A DNA stretch of 64,000 bases from Schmidtea nova (GCA_044892505.1 CM097882.1:167958001-168022000), one strand, 5' to 3'; counted from the first letter of the stretch, positions 12,167-25,399 are shown. Notes: generated by a model from the sequence alone, not told the origin. Numbers and translations: made by a program.

Positions 12167-13116
12167 TTAACAGAAAATATTTTCTTTATTTGCTGACATA
12201 TTTAAATACTTCAACATATTTCGATAGTAGCCATTACAATCGGACATAGTAATTTCAAAAAAGGTAGAACAAATTCGTTCTTTTAGTTGACCTTCAGTCT
12301 CACACCCATGCCTTATTACTAAGTTTTTCCATTTGGCAAAACAATTTTCAATTAGGTTTAAAAATGGGCAATAAGGAGGCAAATATAAAACTGAAAATCC
12401 TTCAAAATTCAGATTTCGATAATGATGAATTCGTGCATTATTAAGAATTAATGTTCGCGAATCAACTCTAATAGATTGGCATATTTGCTTAAGTTCATTT
12501 AAGCAAACCTGAAAACTTTCACCATTGACAGCGCGATCATGTACCTTGTGATACAATATTCCATTCCTATTCATAACTGCTACAACAGAAATATTTCTGC
12601 TTCTCGCTTGAGGCACAGATATAGTAGCTCTTACATCTGCTCTTGATCGTCCTCTTCGTGGTCTTGTACTAACCTTAAATCTAACTTCATCTAAAAAAAG
12701 ATTCCAATGGAGTTGTTTGCTCTAACCGGTGAAATTCTTGTGCATAATTGAATCGCAATTCAATTGTTCGATCAGAATTGCGTGCTCCTGGAACAGGCAG
12801 GACATTCTTAATTGTATAATGGAATTCTCGCAAACATCTATCTATTGTTGATTTAGAAACGGAAATTCCAAATTCGTAAGATATACGTTCTGACAATTCA
12901 TTCAGCGTCAGCAAGCAATTTTCATCAACCAAACTGCGTATATTCTCTTTTTGTTGAATCGATAGTTTTCCGCAGTGGTCTCCTCCACGGTTCTTAGCTT
13001 CTTCTTGTCCTGTAACAAAAAACTCGTGTGCGTCCTGCATGTTCTTCTGGTATATTAAATTCGTCTGGTGGTGATTCAGTCTCTACTCGCTCGGTAAAAT
13101 TAAATGATTCCTCCAT
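12167..13116 (-). pseudogene. Tc1/IS630 DDE transposase, disrupted
   Basis: HTH (LTLNELSERI...VSKSTIDR), FLDEVRF, ILNNARIH (catalytic D to N), YLPPYCPFLNLIE; frameshifts near 13010 and 12690. Confidence 0.88.
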
Positions 13117-13117
13117 G

Positions 13118-16100
13118 CAGCGGCGTATTTACCTGTAGGCAGATTAGGCATTTGCCTAGGGCCTCGGATTTATAAGGGCCTCCAAAATAAAAAAAAAATT
13201 ATAATTTTTTTTTAAAAAAAAAACAATAGCCGTAGCATTTTACATTTTAAACTTTAACAGTTTTAAAATTTTCAGAGTTCAAAACCTTTTGGGGCCTCAA
13301 ATTCAATTTACAAAATAAAATTAGTAGGCCTTTACAAAATAAAATATATGATATACAAAATATTGCTTGAATGTTGCTTTTTTCCTTTTTGAATATGTTC
13401 AAATTCTTTTACTTATAAGAATTTATAAGAAAAAATAACAAATAGGATAAAAGCAACATCCAAGCAAGGTTTGAATTTTTATATTTTGAATATAATATAT
13501 TTTATTTTGTAAAGGCCTACTAATTTTATTTTATAAATTGAATTTGAGGCCCCACGAATAGGTTTTAAACTCTGAAAAATTAAAAAGAAAAATAATAAAA
13601 TTATTTTTAAAAAAAAAACAATAGTCGTAGCATTTCATATGCAATTTCATTTCATTTATTGTTTGAATTTTGTTACGTTAACATCAAATTTTCGTTGCAT
13701 GATTTTGAATATTGAAAATAAATATTTGTACGTATTGATTATTAGCATAATTTTGATTTTAGATTGATATTTTCCGAATAACCAACCGTTTTTTTTAAAA
13801 CTACCAAAACCAATCGTTGTTGCTTCTTGCTTTCGTCATTTAATATTTCATAATTCACTCGACAATTATTCCATTTTTTTTTAAAAAAAAATATTGACAA
13901 ATATACGTTAAAATGAAAAAAACTTTCGAGTCTGGCGCACAAAAACGATTGCGAAAAAAAATTCAATTGAAGGAAAACGAAAAGCAAAGAAACTCCCTTG
14001 CTAAATTTATGTCTTTTGATAAAAATGTTCCATCTACCAGTACTGCGGCTGCAGATAAAACTGTTTCACTACCAGTAATAGCTGATAGCGATGTTAATCT
14101 TTCGATAAGCAGTCTTTGTGCAGAAGTAGGTGCAAGTGATAATTGCGTTGCCACTACCAATGACATTGAGGTTGAAATTGAGAGTGAAGTAGTAAGTACA
14201 AATACTTATCCTATCTTTACTGACATTGGTTTATGGCCAAAAATAATTACTAATGATGTGATTGAACATTGTATCTGTACAAAACCCAAAAATGTGGGAG
14301 ATTTCGAGTCTTCTAAAAAATGTTATAAAGATAACAATGATCAACAAATATGCCGACAATTAAATGATGTACATTTTTATACGACTAAAATAAACGGAGT
14401 CCAAGAGCTGATTTATTCTGAAACAACGAAATCTGTTTATTGCTTTGCTTGTAAACTATTTAGTAAAAAATCTAATGTTCTAGTTTCAGGATATTCAGAT
14501 TGGAAAAATATTGTAGACGTTTTGAAAAGACATGATGAGTCGAAAGAACATAAAAGTTGTATGTGTGCTTATGTTCGTCGTGCTAAAATAAGTGGTCACG
14601 TTGATTCCAAACTTTTACAGGTAATAGAAAAAGAGTCAATTTATTGGCGAGAGGTATTAAAACGAGTCGTTCCTACAGTTAAACTTTTGGGAAGTTTGGG
14701 TTTAGGGTTCAGAGGACATGATAATTCTTCCAAAGGCAATTTTTTCAGCTGTATTGAATATTTGGCTGAATTTGATGACTTCTTAAAGGTTCACTTAGAA
14801 AAATACAGTAATTGCCGAAGTGGGCATGTTAATTATTTATCTAAAAGCACGTGTGATGAATTTATAGAACTTATGGGCAAAACCGTACAAAAATCCATTG
14901 TTGATGAAATAAACCAAACTAACTATTTTGCTCTTATAGTTGATTCCACGCCTGATGCAAGCCATACTGACCAGTTAACTATTATTATCAGGTACGTAGA
15001 TCTGGATCAAAAAATTCAAGAAAGGTTCATATGTTTTATTTCGATTGAACATCATGATGCAACATATTTAGAAAAAACGATTTTGTCCGCCTTGTCAGAA
15101 TTAGGGTTGAACATTAATAATTGCCGGGGACAAACGTATGATAATGCTGCGAACATGTCAGGCATTTATAACGGTCTCCAAGCCAAAATTAAATGTTACA
15201 GCAAAAATGCTGAATTTGTACCTTGCGCAGGACATTCTTTAAATGTAGTTGGAAATACAGCAACAGAATGTTCTTCTAAAGCTATTAGATTCTTTGATTT
15301 TATTCAAAATTTGTTTGTTTTTTTCCCTCTTCGACAAAGAGATGGGATCAGCTAATGAATACTGATCAAAAATTAAGCCATAGTTTAAAACGTATATGCG
15401 ACACTCGATGGTCATCTAGAACTGAAGCTGTATTAACTGTAAGAATGAATTTTTCTTCCATAAAAACTGTTCTTGGTGAAATTTGTATTAACCCATCTGA
15501 AAAACCCATAGCAAAAATTGAGGCGAAAAAATTACATAGCAGTTTTGAAGATTTAAAGACGGCTCTGTTATTGATATTTTGGAATACGCTATTGCAAAGA
15601 ATCAATGCCACCAATAAGTCGTTACAAAGCAAAGAATGTAACTTACAAAAAGGAACATATTTATTGAAATCTTTATCAGAATTCATACTTAGTATTCGAA
15701 CTAATGATGCATATTTGCACCAAATGGAAAAAGAAGCAATCGAATTATCTGGTTGTACAGAATACTCAACAGCAAAAAATCGAAACAGGAAAAGAGAAAT
15801 ACTATTCGATGAAACTTCTGATAACGACACAATTTTATGTGGGAAAGAACTATTCAAAGTTGAAACATTTTACTCAATTTGTGATACTTTAAACTCTGAA
15901 ATAAAAAGAAGGTCTGTAGTTTATGACAAGGTATTAGAAAAGTTTCTAATATTTGTTGATTTAGATTTGCCTGAAGAAAAATTTGCTCAGTGTGTATCAA
16001 ATTTAGCTGAACACTATAAAGATGACATAAATCAATTAGTATTCAAAGATGAGGTTGAACAGTTCCTTCATTTTGTAAAATTGGAAAAATTATTAACACT

Positions 16101-16506
16101 TCCTGAAATATATGCATCAATTCTGGAAGGTTTATCATCAACATTTCCAAACGTTAAAATAATCCTAAAAATTTTTTTAACAATCTCAATTGCAAATGCG
16201 TCTGGTGAGAGATCATTTAGCATTATTAAGCGGGTCAAAAACTACCTAAGGACGTCACTTGGCCAAAAAAAACTAAATCACTTAGCTATCATGGCAATTG
16301 AAAGCGATCTAGTCAAAAAAATTAACTCCTTAATTGATAATTTTGCAAATAATAAATCACAAAAAAAAATTATAAATGGGCTTTCTTTATTCAAAATTTA
16401 GAAACAAAGCCATGAAAAAAAAATATTTATTATTTAAAAAAAATCTTAGAGGGGCCACAATAATTGATTTTTGCCTAGGGCCTCAATTTGTTAAAATCCG
16501 CCTCTG
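13118..16506 (+). mobile_element. hAT transposon (ZMYM1/DUF4371-type transposase)
   Basis: 13-bp imperfect TIR CAGCGGCGTATTT / CAGAGGCGGATTT; exact 8-bp TSD CCTCCATG (13110-13117 and 16507-16514); TTTGCCTAGGGCCTC subterminal motif at both ends. Confidence 0.93.
13913..16401 (+). pseudogene. hAT transposase with a single 1-nt frameshift at the T7 run (about 15318-15324)
   Basis: TTF-type Zn finger (VYCFACKLF), FRGHD, DSTPD, QTYDNAANM, CAGH, TRW, ERSFS dimerisation motif. One extra T gives a continuous FFPSSTKRW reading. Confidence 0.9.
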
Positions 16507-17084
16507 CCTCCATGGTAATTTAAAAACAAAAATTATATTTATTTATTGACTTAATTGACTGCAAAAGTGACTTAATTGCTTGCAACACTGACTTAAATGC
16601 TTGCAACACTGACTTAAATGCTTGCAACACTGACTTAATAGCTCGAAAAACACTGTATAATATTTGAAAATATAATAATTCTAATCTCATTTTAATCACT
16701 TATTTTTACTTTTCATCTTTTCGTTTATATTTCATAAATATTCATTTTTTAGAGACGAGATCAAATTTCTTTTAAAAACAAAATTCTAGTGTCTTTTTAA
16801 CATCTACATAGCTCATAAAATGATAGTCTTATGAACTTACGAAATTTTACGATAGTAGCCATTCTTTTCACAGCATTTCAGTTTTTCAGTTGATTTTATA
16901 TATCCGAGTCAATCCTAGCCTCAACATAGAATTAAATGATAATTTGAATTTTCTCGCCCAGACATTTTTCAAAAAGTTTTCTTTTAAAATTATGTTTTTA
17001 AATAATAAAAATTTTTTAATTTTCTATTGATTTATGATATTTTATTCTGTACAATTTATTTTTAAAAAATACTGAAGATGCTTG

Positions 17085-17700
17085 GTGTATCCGATAAGTA
17101 GTGAGACTCTTATAGAAGTAAAAAAAATCAAATAAACCAAACTGTAAATATATATTCATAAATATATATACGTAAATATACTGGTATTTGTTATAATCAG
17201 TTATAGCATAATTAAGAAATTTTAGCACTAATTTTAAAATGTCCATAGAAAGTGTGTCATATCGCAGTGTCATTCGTTTTCTCTTTATGAATAGGCAAGA
17301 GTAGAGAAAAAATCAATACAGAGCTGAGTGCTGTTTATGAGATGATAAGTGTTAATTACAAGCAACAATTAACCGTTGGTACAATTACTTTCAGAGTGAT
17401 TTATGATGAGGAAAAGTCAGAAAGGTTTTCTGTAATCAAAGAAAAAACAACGGAAGACATGCGAAAAATTATCCAGACTGAGAGAAAAATTACAACCAGA
17501 AAGCTAACAATGCGCTTAAATGTGAGTAAAGGCACTATTTATTTATTACTCAAGGAAAATTATGCACTAGTTTCGTAACTGCTGAAATGTGAAGTCAACG
17601 TCTGCTGTGCTGCAAAGAAAACCTTCAAATGTTGGACGATATTCAAATTTTGATGCTCCAAAGACAGGATGTTTGATCATAGAGTCATAAATTATAGTTC
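17085..17700 (+). pseudogene. Decayed mariner element
   Basis: GTGTATCCGATAAGTAGTGAGACT TIR-like start; RSVIRFLF and TERKITTRKLTMRLNVSKGTI HTH remnants in shifting frames. Confidence 0.6.
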
Positions 17701-18101
17701 TTTTTTATAAGCAGAATTCTATTTCTAGTTTCCTTTATAAAACAAATTGTACTTCTAAGATTTTTAGTGTTAAATATTTATGTTTTCTCTTTATTTTTGT
17801 TTTACGGGCTTTGATGCAACAAATTTAAAATGTTTCATGATGTCATTTTAAAAATTAAGTGTAAAGAAATGTGAGAAAAGACACAATTGCCTCTTGGAAT
17901 CTAGTATAAGAAACAAAGTTCTGTGATATTGTTACGGTATGAGAGTGCAAGATTTGGACCTTGTGGAGAGGTTTGAGGGTGATTGTTGTTATTGATAATA
18001 GTTATAAATAAATACTATAAATAAATAATAATTACTACTAATAGGAATACTGTTATATAAAGTAATTAATAAGAAATAAATAGAAATAAAAAATTTTAAT
18101 A

Positions 18102-18335
18102 TCAATAATTCCCACAATGAATGACTATAGATCAAAATTTCTTTAAATAAGTACACAATATTTCGGCACAGCCTTTATCAAGTGTGTATTTGAAATACAC
18201 ACTTGATAAAGGCTGTGCCGAAATATTGTGTACTTATTTAAAGAAATTTTGATCTATAGTCATTCATTGTGGGAATTATTGAAATTAATATTAAAATAAA
18301 GATCAAAGGTCAAACAAAAATAAATAATTGCTATT
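18102..18335 (+). mobile_element. Penelope-like pLTR-type palindrome plus one-sided tail
   Basis: Perfect 90-bp arms (18102-18191 / 18193-18282), 1-nt centre, then the GATCAAAGGT tail shared with other copies. Confidence 0.75.
18199..18231 (+). ncRNA. Minimal type I hammerhead ribozyme-like motif (U3-A8 variant); mirror copy on the minus strand at 18153-18185
   Basis: ACAC-UUGAUAA-A-GGC(UGU)GCC-GAA-AUAU-U-GUGU: helix I ACAC/GUGU, core, helix II, palindromic helix III, AUU site. Confidence 0.65.
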
Positions 18336-19559
18336 AATAATAATAACGATATTGGCTGAATTTAGTGGCTAACCACCAACATAAATTTAAATATAAATAG
18401 CAATAACAGAGGCAGAAGGAAGACCATAAACCATTGAATCGTTATTGACATTGATTGGGACATTTATCGTACCATTAATTGTGTGTGGGTAATTCAATTC
18501 ATTTTTTGCATTCATTTCTATTTATATCATAAAGAGTATTAGTATTACTTTTAATACTATTTGACTCTATTAGTTAAAATCTCCAGAGAAAAAATGAAAT
18601 AAGATTATGTATCAACCAATCGCGCTTAAATTACAAGTTAACCCACAATTCATTTTCCTTTCATCTAGTCGGAGATTTGCCACATTTAGACAAGTTTTCG
18701 CCCTTTAAAATACCGAGGACAGTTTGAACAACCGATATCTTGATTAGAGCAAAAAACAGCGATTTGATAGAGATTTTCATTATTTTTATATCTAATTTTA
18801 AAATATTTAATAAATATTATTAAATCATCTTTTAATTACACGCAACACTAACATTAACTGAAAATATAGTTTTGAGTCCGATATTTATTTTAAAGAAAAA
18901 TATATTTCTGTGTTGATTTGTAACCACGGATAAGAACCGAACAAATTTTTTTGGTTAAATATTTATAAAAGTTAAAAATATCATTAAAATTTATTTGTAT
19001 AAATATCAAGCACTATGACATTTTTAAACATTATTACCTGCATAGAACGCATAAAAAGCCTAGAATGTTCACTAGAAAATAAATATTAATCAAAATATTA
19101 AAACCGTAAAGCTTTCTAGGTTTAAAACCACTAATAAAAACCCCATATTTAATTAACTTTTACTAAGTGAGTTACTAAATAGGGAGTTTTCTATTTTATC
19201 ATTCTAAGAATTCGAAAGCAATTTACTTGCCGTGAAAATATTTTTTTTTTTAATATCGGTATTGCGTTATAAAAGTTATAAGTTATATTACATTTTATAT
19301 TAATGACATTCATAATTAAATGTTATATTCTAAATTTTATTTATTCAAAAGATTACATTCTCAATAATATTATTAAAACAAATCCCTGTCAAGAATTTCT
19401 TACTATGTAATAATGTTTATACAAGGAATTCAGTAAACAGCATCAAATAACAATGTACATTCACCCAATTATTCATTAAATTGCAAATAATAATGAATAA
19501 TTTTATTCATTATTTATTCATCATGTATGAAGAACTATTTTCAAAGTTTTAAGTATAAA

Positions 19560-19564
<5 letters not shown>

Positions 19565-19620
<56 letters not shown>
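19565..19620. repeat. (TA)n microsatellite
   Basis: Pure TA run. Confidence 0.97.
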
Positions 19621-19623
<3 letters not shown>

Positions 19624-22159
19624 AATTTCAGGAGGTTAAATACATGGGTTTAGCGAGCTGAACGTGACTCTTTGGTGCCAAGCTTGCAGAACTTGATCAT
19701 GATAATCATAAATACATTTATTAGTTTTTCATTGTAATTTGTAAATAAAAATTTATCATCTTATTTATTGCGGTTCTTTATATGTTTTGGCACAAATAAA
19801 ATGACTCATCGTTTTAAAAGGGAGGTTTCAAGAAAATTAAATAAACCATTTTTAAATTAGGCATGTTAAATTCATAATGATACGTTTGTTTAGCTGATCA
19901 TAAAAAATTCTCTTAGTTACGCTCGCATTATGCCAGCCAGTAATGTAGTTTTTCCTTTCCAATAAATTGAAGTATTGTACGGATACATGTCAGCTTATTC
20001 AATTATTTATGCTCTAACTTTTTTAGGCATATAATTATTTATGCTCACCAGTAATGACTTTTTGATTATTAATTATTATGACATTTTGATGACTTAATAA
20101 TTATTGCTCACAGCAAATGTATAATTAATTTTTAATTTCAGATGATGTTTTTTATAAGCTAATATTTTGTAGAAATAAAAATATAAAATTATTATACTAA
20201 TAAATATTTTTTAAAAATGGCTATCCGAAAAAAATTTTCTTGACACCTCGACAACAAGTATTTTAGTAGAAAAATGAAAAGATTTATTGACATATTACAA
20301 ATGAAATATAAATTTCTTTTTTTGTAACAAATTCAATTTTTAGCAATTAATTTACAAAAATCTTAAAATTATTGTAAAAGAATAGTGAAAAACAAACTTG
20401 CTAGTGACTAAACATTCTGACGCTGGACAAGCTAAAGATAAACTTCGCTTATATAATCATCACAAGGTTTATTATCATTAAAAGATAATTTATCAACATT
20501 TTTAATAAAGCAATAAAAATTGAGAAATTGCTAATATTAAAAAATAAGAATTTGCGATCAACGATGAAAATAAAAAATTATATATCAAAAATTCATTAAT
20601 TTTTAAATTTAATTAATTAATATTCTAAATACCTATAATTCATTTGTCAAAGCATTATTAGCCTTTGACTTTGACTGCATAACTGATAAAGAATTGAAAA
20701 TAATTGTATGGTGGAAGTGATATTTTAGAAAAACAGAATTGTAGCAAGCTCCTTACCAATCAACTGATAAAATTATTGTGGATTTTATTATTATTACTGT
20801 TCTTTTTACAAATCAATATCTCAGTCTACGCACTTAATAGAAAGGTATTGTTGAAATATTTTATAATACCCACTCTGATGAAGCCACCTTTATAATTCAT
20901 AAACATGTTTTATAATAAAATTTTCGATAATATACACAGGTGTGTACATCTAATCATGACTCGTCATGATTTAACTATTTTAAAATGACTTTTTAAGAAA
21001 ACTTTTGAAGATAACTTTTTAGGCTTATATTATTATATGAGCTTATTTTACAAGCTTTTTAAGATTATCTATATTCTACAATTTTATTTATAATTTATTA
21101 CTTTGTAGAAAAATATGATTTTTAAGAAGTTTTTGAAATTACTTACATTACCAGTAATTTAAAATCATTTTCAACTAATATTTATCTCGGAAATTAATTT
21201 TTTGGATATACCAAAAAAATCTTCTAAAACGGAAATAGTTTTCGCCATTTTACATGGCATTGATTTATCTGATTTGGTCGATTTCAGAAATTCCAATATA
21301 ATATTTTATTGTCAATATTTAAACCAATTAAAATTTATGATTTTGGAGTTTCAAGTTTTATTTTCGTTTTCAAACAGCTAGATTTTATTATCATGCATTA
21401 TTTAAGGCTTCAGAAATATTTAAATTGCTATGTAAAATTGTTTAATAAATTGAAAAAAACATTTGAATGTGTAATCTCTTTGGCTTCTGAAAAAAAAAAT
21501 GTTTTTGCAAAAGAATTTCGGAAACATATGAAAATTTAAATTAATATACATAAGAATAAATCTTTCGACATTATTTCTTCATTTTATCGACAACTCACCT
21601 AGGAAATACTACAAATAATTAACTGCAACCCGGTTTTAAAAATTAAGTAGAGTTTATATAGAACTAATAATCTTGTAAAAAATGTTGAGTTTTAAAGTTT
21701 ATTTATATGTTCATTAAAGTTTATAAGTTCATTGTTTATTATGTGTTTATTGCGTATTACACCAAAGCGCATAAATTAAGGGCCAGACAGGCAAAATTTA
21801 AAGTATCTATAATAACAAAAAAATATACATACCTACTGCAGATTAGGACAAAGAAAAAAAGCACGGTCATAAATTACGGGTCTATATTATAGAAAATAAA
21901 AAAAATAAATTAGGTCAAAAAAACATATTTACACAACACACAAAAAACTTATAATGAAAAGCACAAACACATGGACATAATTTAAGGGACAGTCTTTAAT
22001 TAAAGGATTTAAAAATTTTAAAAAATCATGATTTATGATGATATTTCAGAAACGTTTTTGGAATCAACTGTGCCATTTATTGGAGAGGATCAAGAAGAAA
22101 TGTAAACTTACAATTATATTAAAAAATTTAAAAAAAAATATTTTTAGAAATGCAGAAAA

Positions 22160-24450
22160 TGAATCAGTCATCAATGTGGCTTCCTTTGTGAGGCTGTAAG
22201 GTTGCACAACTGGATACGTTGAAATTTCTTGTTTGAGTGCTTCGAACTGGTTCGAGCATTCCTTGTTCCAATCGAACTTTACACTTTTTTTCTCAATTCG
22301 TTGATTACTCTTGTTTTGTCTGAAAAATTTGGAATTAACTCACCAAAGTAATTAATTAACCAGATGAAAGATTCTACTTCCTCCTTGCATGTTGGTTTTT
22401 TTATTTTGTTTTTTTTTTGCTGACGAGACTTTTATCAGGTGTGATACCCTTTGACGATATTTCGAAACCCAAGAAGGAAACACTATCGGTAAGTTCAATA
22501 GTCTTTGCTTGGTTGATTGTAACTTTTTTCTCTTTAAGGCGCAATTTTACCGTTTGCAGTCTATTCCTTAGTGATTCTTCATTCTCGGCATATATCAGTA
22601 CGTCGTCTTGGTAGATTAGTATTCCTTTTATATCTTTAAGTATTTGCTCCATTGTCCTTTGAAAGATTGCAGGCGTTCTTCATACCCATCTGTAATCTAT
22701 TTACAATAAACATACCTTTTGTCGTATTTATGCACGATATCTCTTTTGCTTCATCGTCTAATTCTATCTGCCAATATGCCGATGTGAGATCGAGCTTTGC
22801 AAATTTGTTGGCATTCTTTAGTTTTGAGAAAATTGTTTCGACGTTCGGAATGGGGTATGCATCGGTCTTAATCTTTTTATTGGTATGCACTTTGAAGTCA
22901 ACGCATAATCTGAGGTCGCCATTGCTCTTTTTTACCCAAACCACGGGCGAAGAATTCAGTACGAGTTTGACGCACGGAGAGATTACTCCTAATCGCTATA
23001 ACCTTATTGGTTCATCGTTAACCTTATTTTCTAAAGTTAATGGTATTGGCATAGCCTTACAGAACATGGGCTTCGCATCGTCGATTAAATCCATAGAAGC
23101 TTTTATACCTTTGATTGCTGGTAACACTTGAGATTCTGTTGTCTTCGTGATTTGACACTGTAAGATTCCGTGTCGTGTCTGCTGCAATATATCCATTCCT
23201 ATTAGTCCGAAGTCTTTCATAGATTGAATGACTGTGATTGTTACCGGAAGAACTTGCTTTTCCCATTCCACAGTTGTCAAAAACGAGCCGTAGCATTGCA
23301 TGATATGCCCATCGTAGGCTTCAAGCTTTCTTCTTGTCATGTCAAGCTTCGGTCTTCCCATGTCTTCCCACATCTTAGATGATATGATTGATACAGATGC
23401 ACCGGTATCTTTTTGCATTTTCACTATTGTTGTACCTAGGAGGACAGGGTTAATGTCACTTGTAATATTATTTGAAGTGAACTAGTTGATGTATTGCGTG
23501 TTACTTTCATCGGCTGACGATGTCTGATCTGCGAATGCTCCGTGTATCGACTTTGTCGAAGATCTGCAAGCTTTCGCAAAATGATTCATTCTGTCGCAAT
23601 TCGTACACTTCTTTCCATATGCCGGGCATTTCTTTGGCTCGTGTATTTGGTCACAGTAATGACACCTTTGATTTCCTTTCTCTTCGAATTTCCTTGATGT
23701 TCCAAGGTTTGATCTCTTCTTTTTAGTGAAATTGATTTCATCGGTCGTAGAGGTAATTGTAGGTTTTGTTCCATGCTGGAGGGATATGAACGTCGATATC
23801 TCCTCATATGTTTGCATTTGTGCGAGAATCTCGTTGCATGTTGGAATCCCAACACTCATTTGCCGCAAAATCTTTTCCTTAGCATTGATGTCAGATATTC
23901 CCGATATCAATGCCATGAGGTGCATATCCTCGTTGGGGTCAGTTGAGTCCTTCAATTTCTTGAAGTCACAATATATAGCAGCCTTCTTAAGTCTGATATA
24001 GAAATCTGCTAATTTCTCTTTCGGTTCCTGTCTTAGCTGATAAAATCTTGCTCTCTCAGCTATTACAACTTTGCTTTTCGGCTGTGTGTGGTTTAATAGC
24101 ATGGCTTTGGTCTCGCTGAACGTCATCTCCTCTAGCAATTTGGGAGAAGCCATATTTTGGAATTTCGTGAGTGCCTTCAGTCCACATAAAGATAGGAAGT
24201 TGTCCATGACTTGTCTTGATTTGTCACTGTCGACCCATTTATTGGCTCGACTCATCGCACCGAAAGCGGTTAACCATATTTCGACATTGATGTTGTCATA
24301 TAGGTTCAATTCTTCCAATCGTGACGCCATTGTTATAATGCACGCACATGACTTTTTAAGATTCAAATTATATTTATTATAAAATGATTAGATATTAAAA
24401 CAAAATATTAAAACGATGATTAACACGATTATTGTTAATCATCATTGACA
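22160..24450 (-). mobile_element. Ty3/Gypsy retrotransposon, 5' half only (LTR remnant-gag-PR-RT-start of RNase H)
   Basis: ...ATAACA|A TGGCGTCACG PBS-like; DTGAS protease; CVDFK, LDLTSAYWQ and YQDD RT motifs with stops/frameshifts; breaks at LMTDS. No 3' LTR seen; the upstream LTR boundary is uncertain. Confidence 0.85.
23482..24330 (-). CDS. Gypsy Gag with two Zn-knuckle-like motifs
   Basis: ATG overlaps the PBS; VIAERARF, CHYCDQIHEPKKC and CTNCDRMNHFAKAC. Confidence 0.85.
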   Translation of the reverse strand: MASRLEELNLYDNINVEIWLTAFGAMSRANKWVDSDKSRQVMDNFLSLCGLKALTKFQNMASPKLLEEMTFSETKAMLLNHTQPKSKVVIAERARFYQLRQEPKEKLADFYIRLKKAAIYCDFKKLKDSTDPNEDMHLMALISGISDINAKEKILRQMSVGIPTCNEILAQMQTYEEISTFISLQHGTKPTITSTTDEINFTKKKRSNLGTSRKFEEKGNQRCHYCDQIHEPKKCPAYGKKCTNCDRMNHFAKACRSSTKSIHGAFADQTSSADESNTQYIN

Positions 24451-24809
24451 ATATTATGATAGAAATCAAAATGATAATAAAAGCTACACAGATCAAGAAA
24501 TACAAAATGGTCTCACAAGAGTGGCTATTGACTGATTTTGGACTATGCAATTTTTAAACTTTTGTATTAATTTTTCAATTTTTTTCCAGAAAGGATGAAA
24601 AGCATTTAAGAGAAGTTATGTTGATTTTTGTAATTTTTGGTGATTTTAAAATTTGTGCTATAATCTGAATGCTACTGTACATTTATAATATGCCAGTTAT
24701 AAATCATTTTCATTTACACTATCAACATCAGTTAAATAGAAAAATATTTATGTAAATATTTATAATAAATATTTATACAAAATTTTCATAATAATAATCA
24801 ATTAGGATT

Positions 24810-25022
24810 NNNNNNNNNNNNNNNNNNNNNNNNNNNNNNNNNNNNNNNNNNNNNNNNNNNNNNNNNNNNNNNNNNNNNNNNNNNNNNNNNNNNNNNNNNN
24901 NNNNNNNNNNNNNNNNNNNNNNNNNNNNNNNNNNNNNNNNNNNNNNNNNNNNNNNNNNNNNNNNNNNNNNNNNNNNNNNNNNNNNNNNNNNNNNNNNNNN
25001 NNNNNNNNNNNNNNNNNNNNNN
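24810..25022. other. Assembly gap (N run)
   Basis: N characters. Confidence 1.
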
Positions 25023-25263
25023 CAAAGTATTAAGCTTCAAAAAATATTGTATAAATAGGCATGTATTAATTTTTTTCAGAAATGTCGCTTTCTTATGGTT
25101 ATTTATAATTCGGATTATTTTTATTACTTCACAATTTTTAAATTTTTAAAATAAGCTTAATAAACTATTTATGACATGAAATAGTTTCCTTCGTTTAAAA
25201 ATTAAAATTTTATCCTGATTAATTTGAAATTAGGGTCCTTTAAAAGCGGGGGCCCGTGCCACA

Positions 25264-25399
25264 NNNNNNNNNNNNNNNNNNNNNNNNNNNNNNNNNNNNN
25301 NNNNNNNNNNNNNNNNNNNNNNNNNNNNNNNNNNNNNNNNNNNNNNNNNNNNNNNNNNNNNNNNNNNNNNNNNNNNNNNNNNNNNNNNNNNNNNNNNNN
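25264..25399. other. Assembly gap (N run)
   Basis: N characters. Confidence 1.

Larger units (their letters stand above)
12043..16655 (-). mobile_element. Tc1/IS630-like DNA transposon, interrupted by a hAT
   Basis: TIRs start CAGTGTTTTTCGAGCTATTAAGTCAGTGTTGCAAGC (over 80 bp); TA TSD at 12041-12042 and 16656-16657. Confidence 0.92.
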
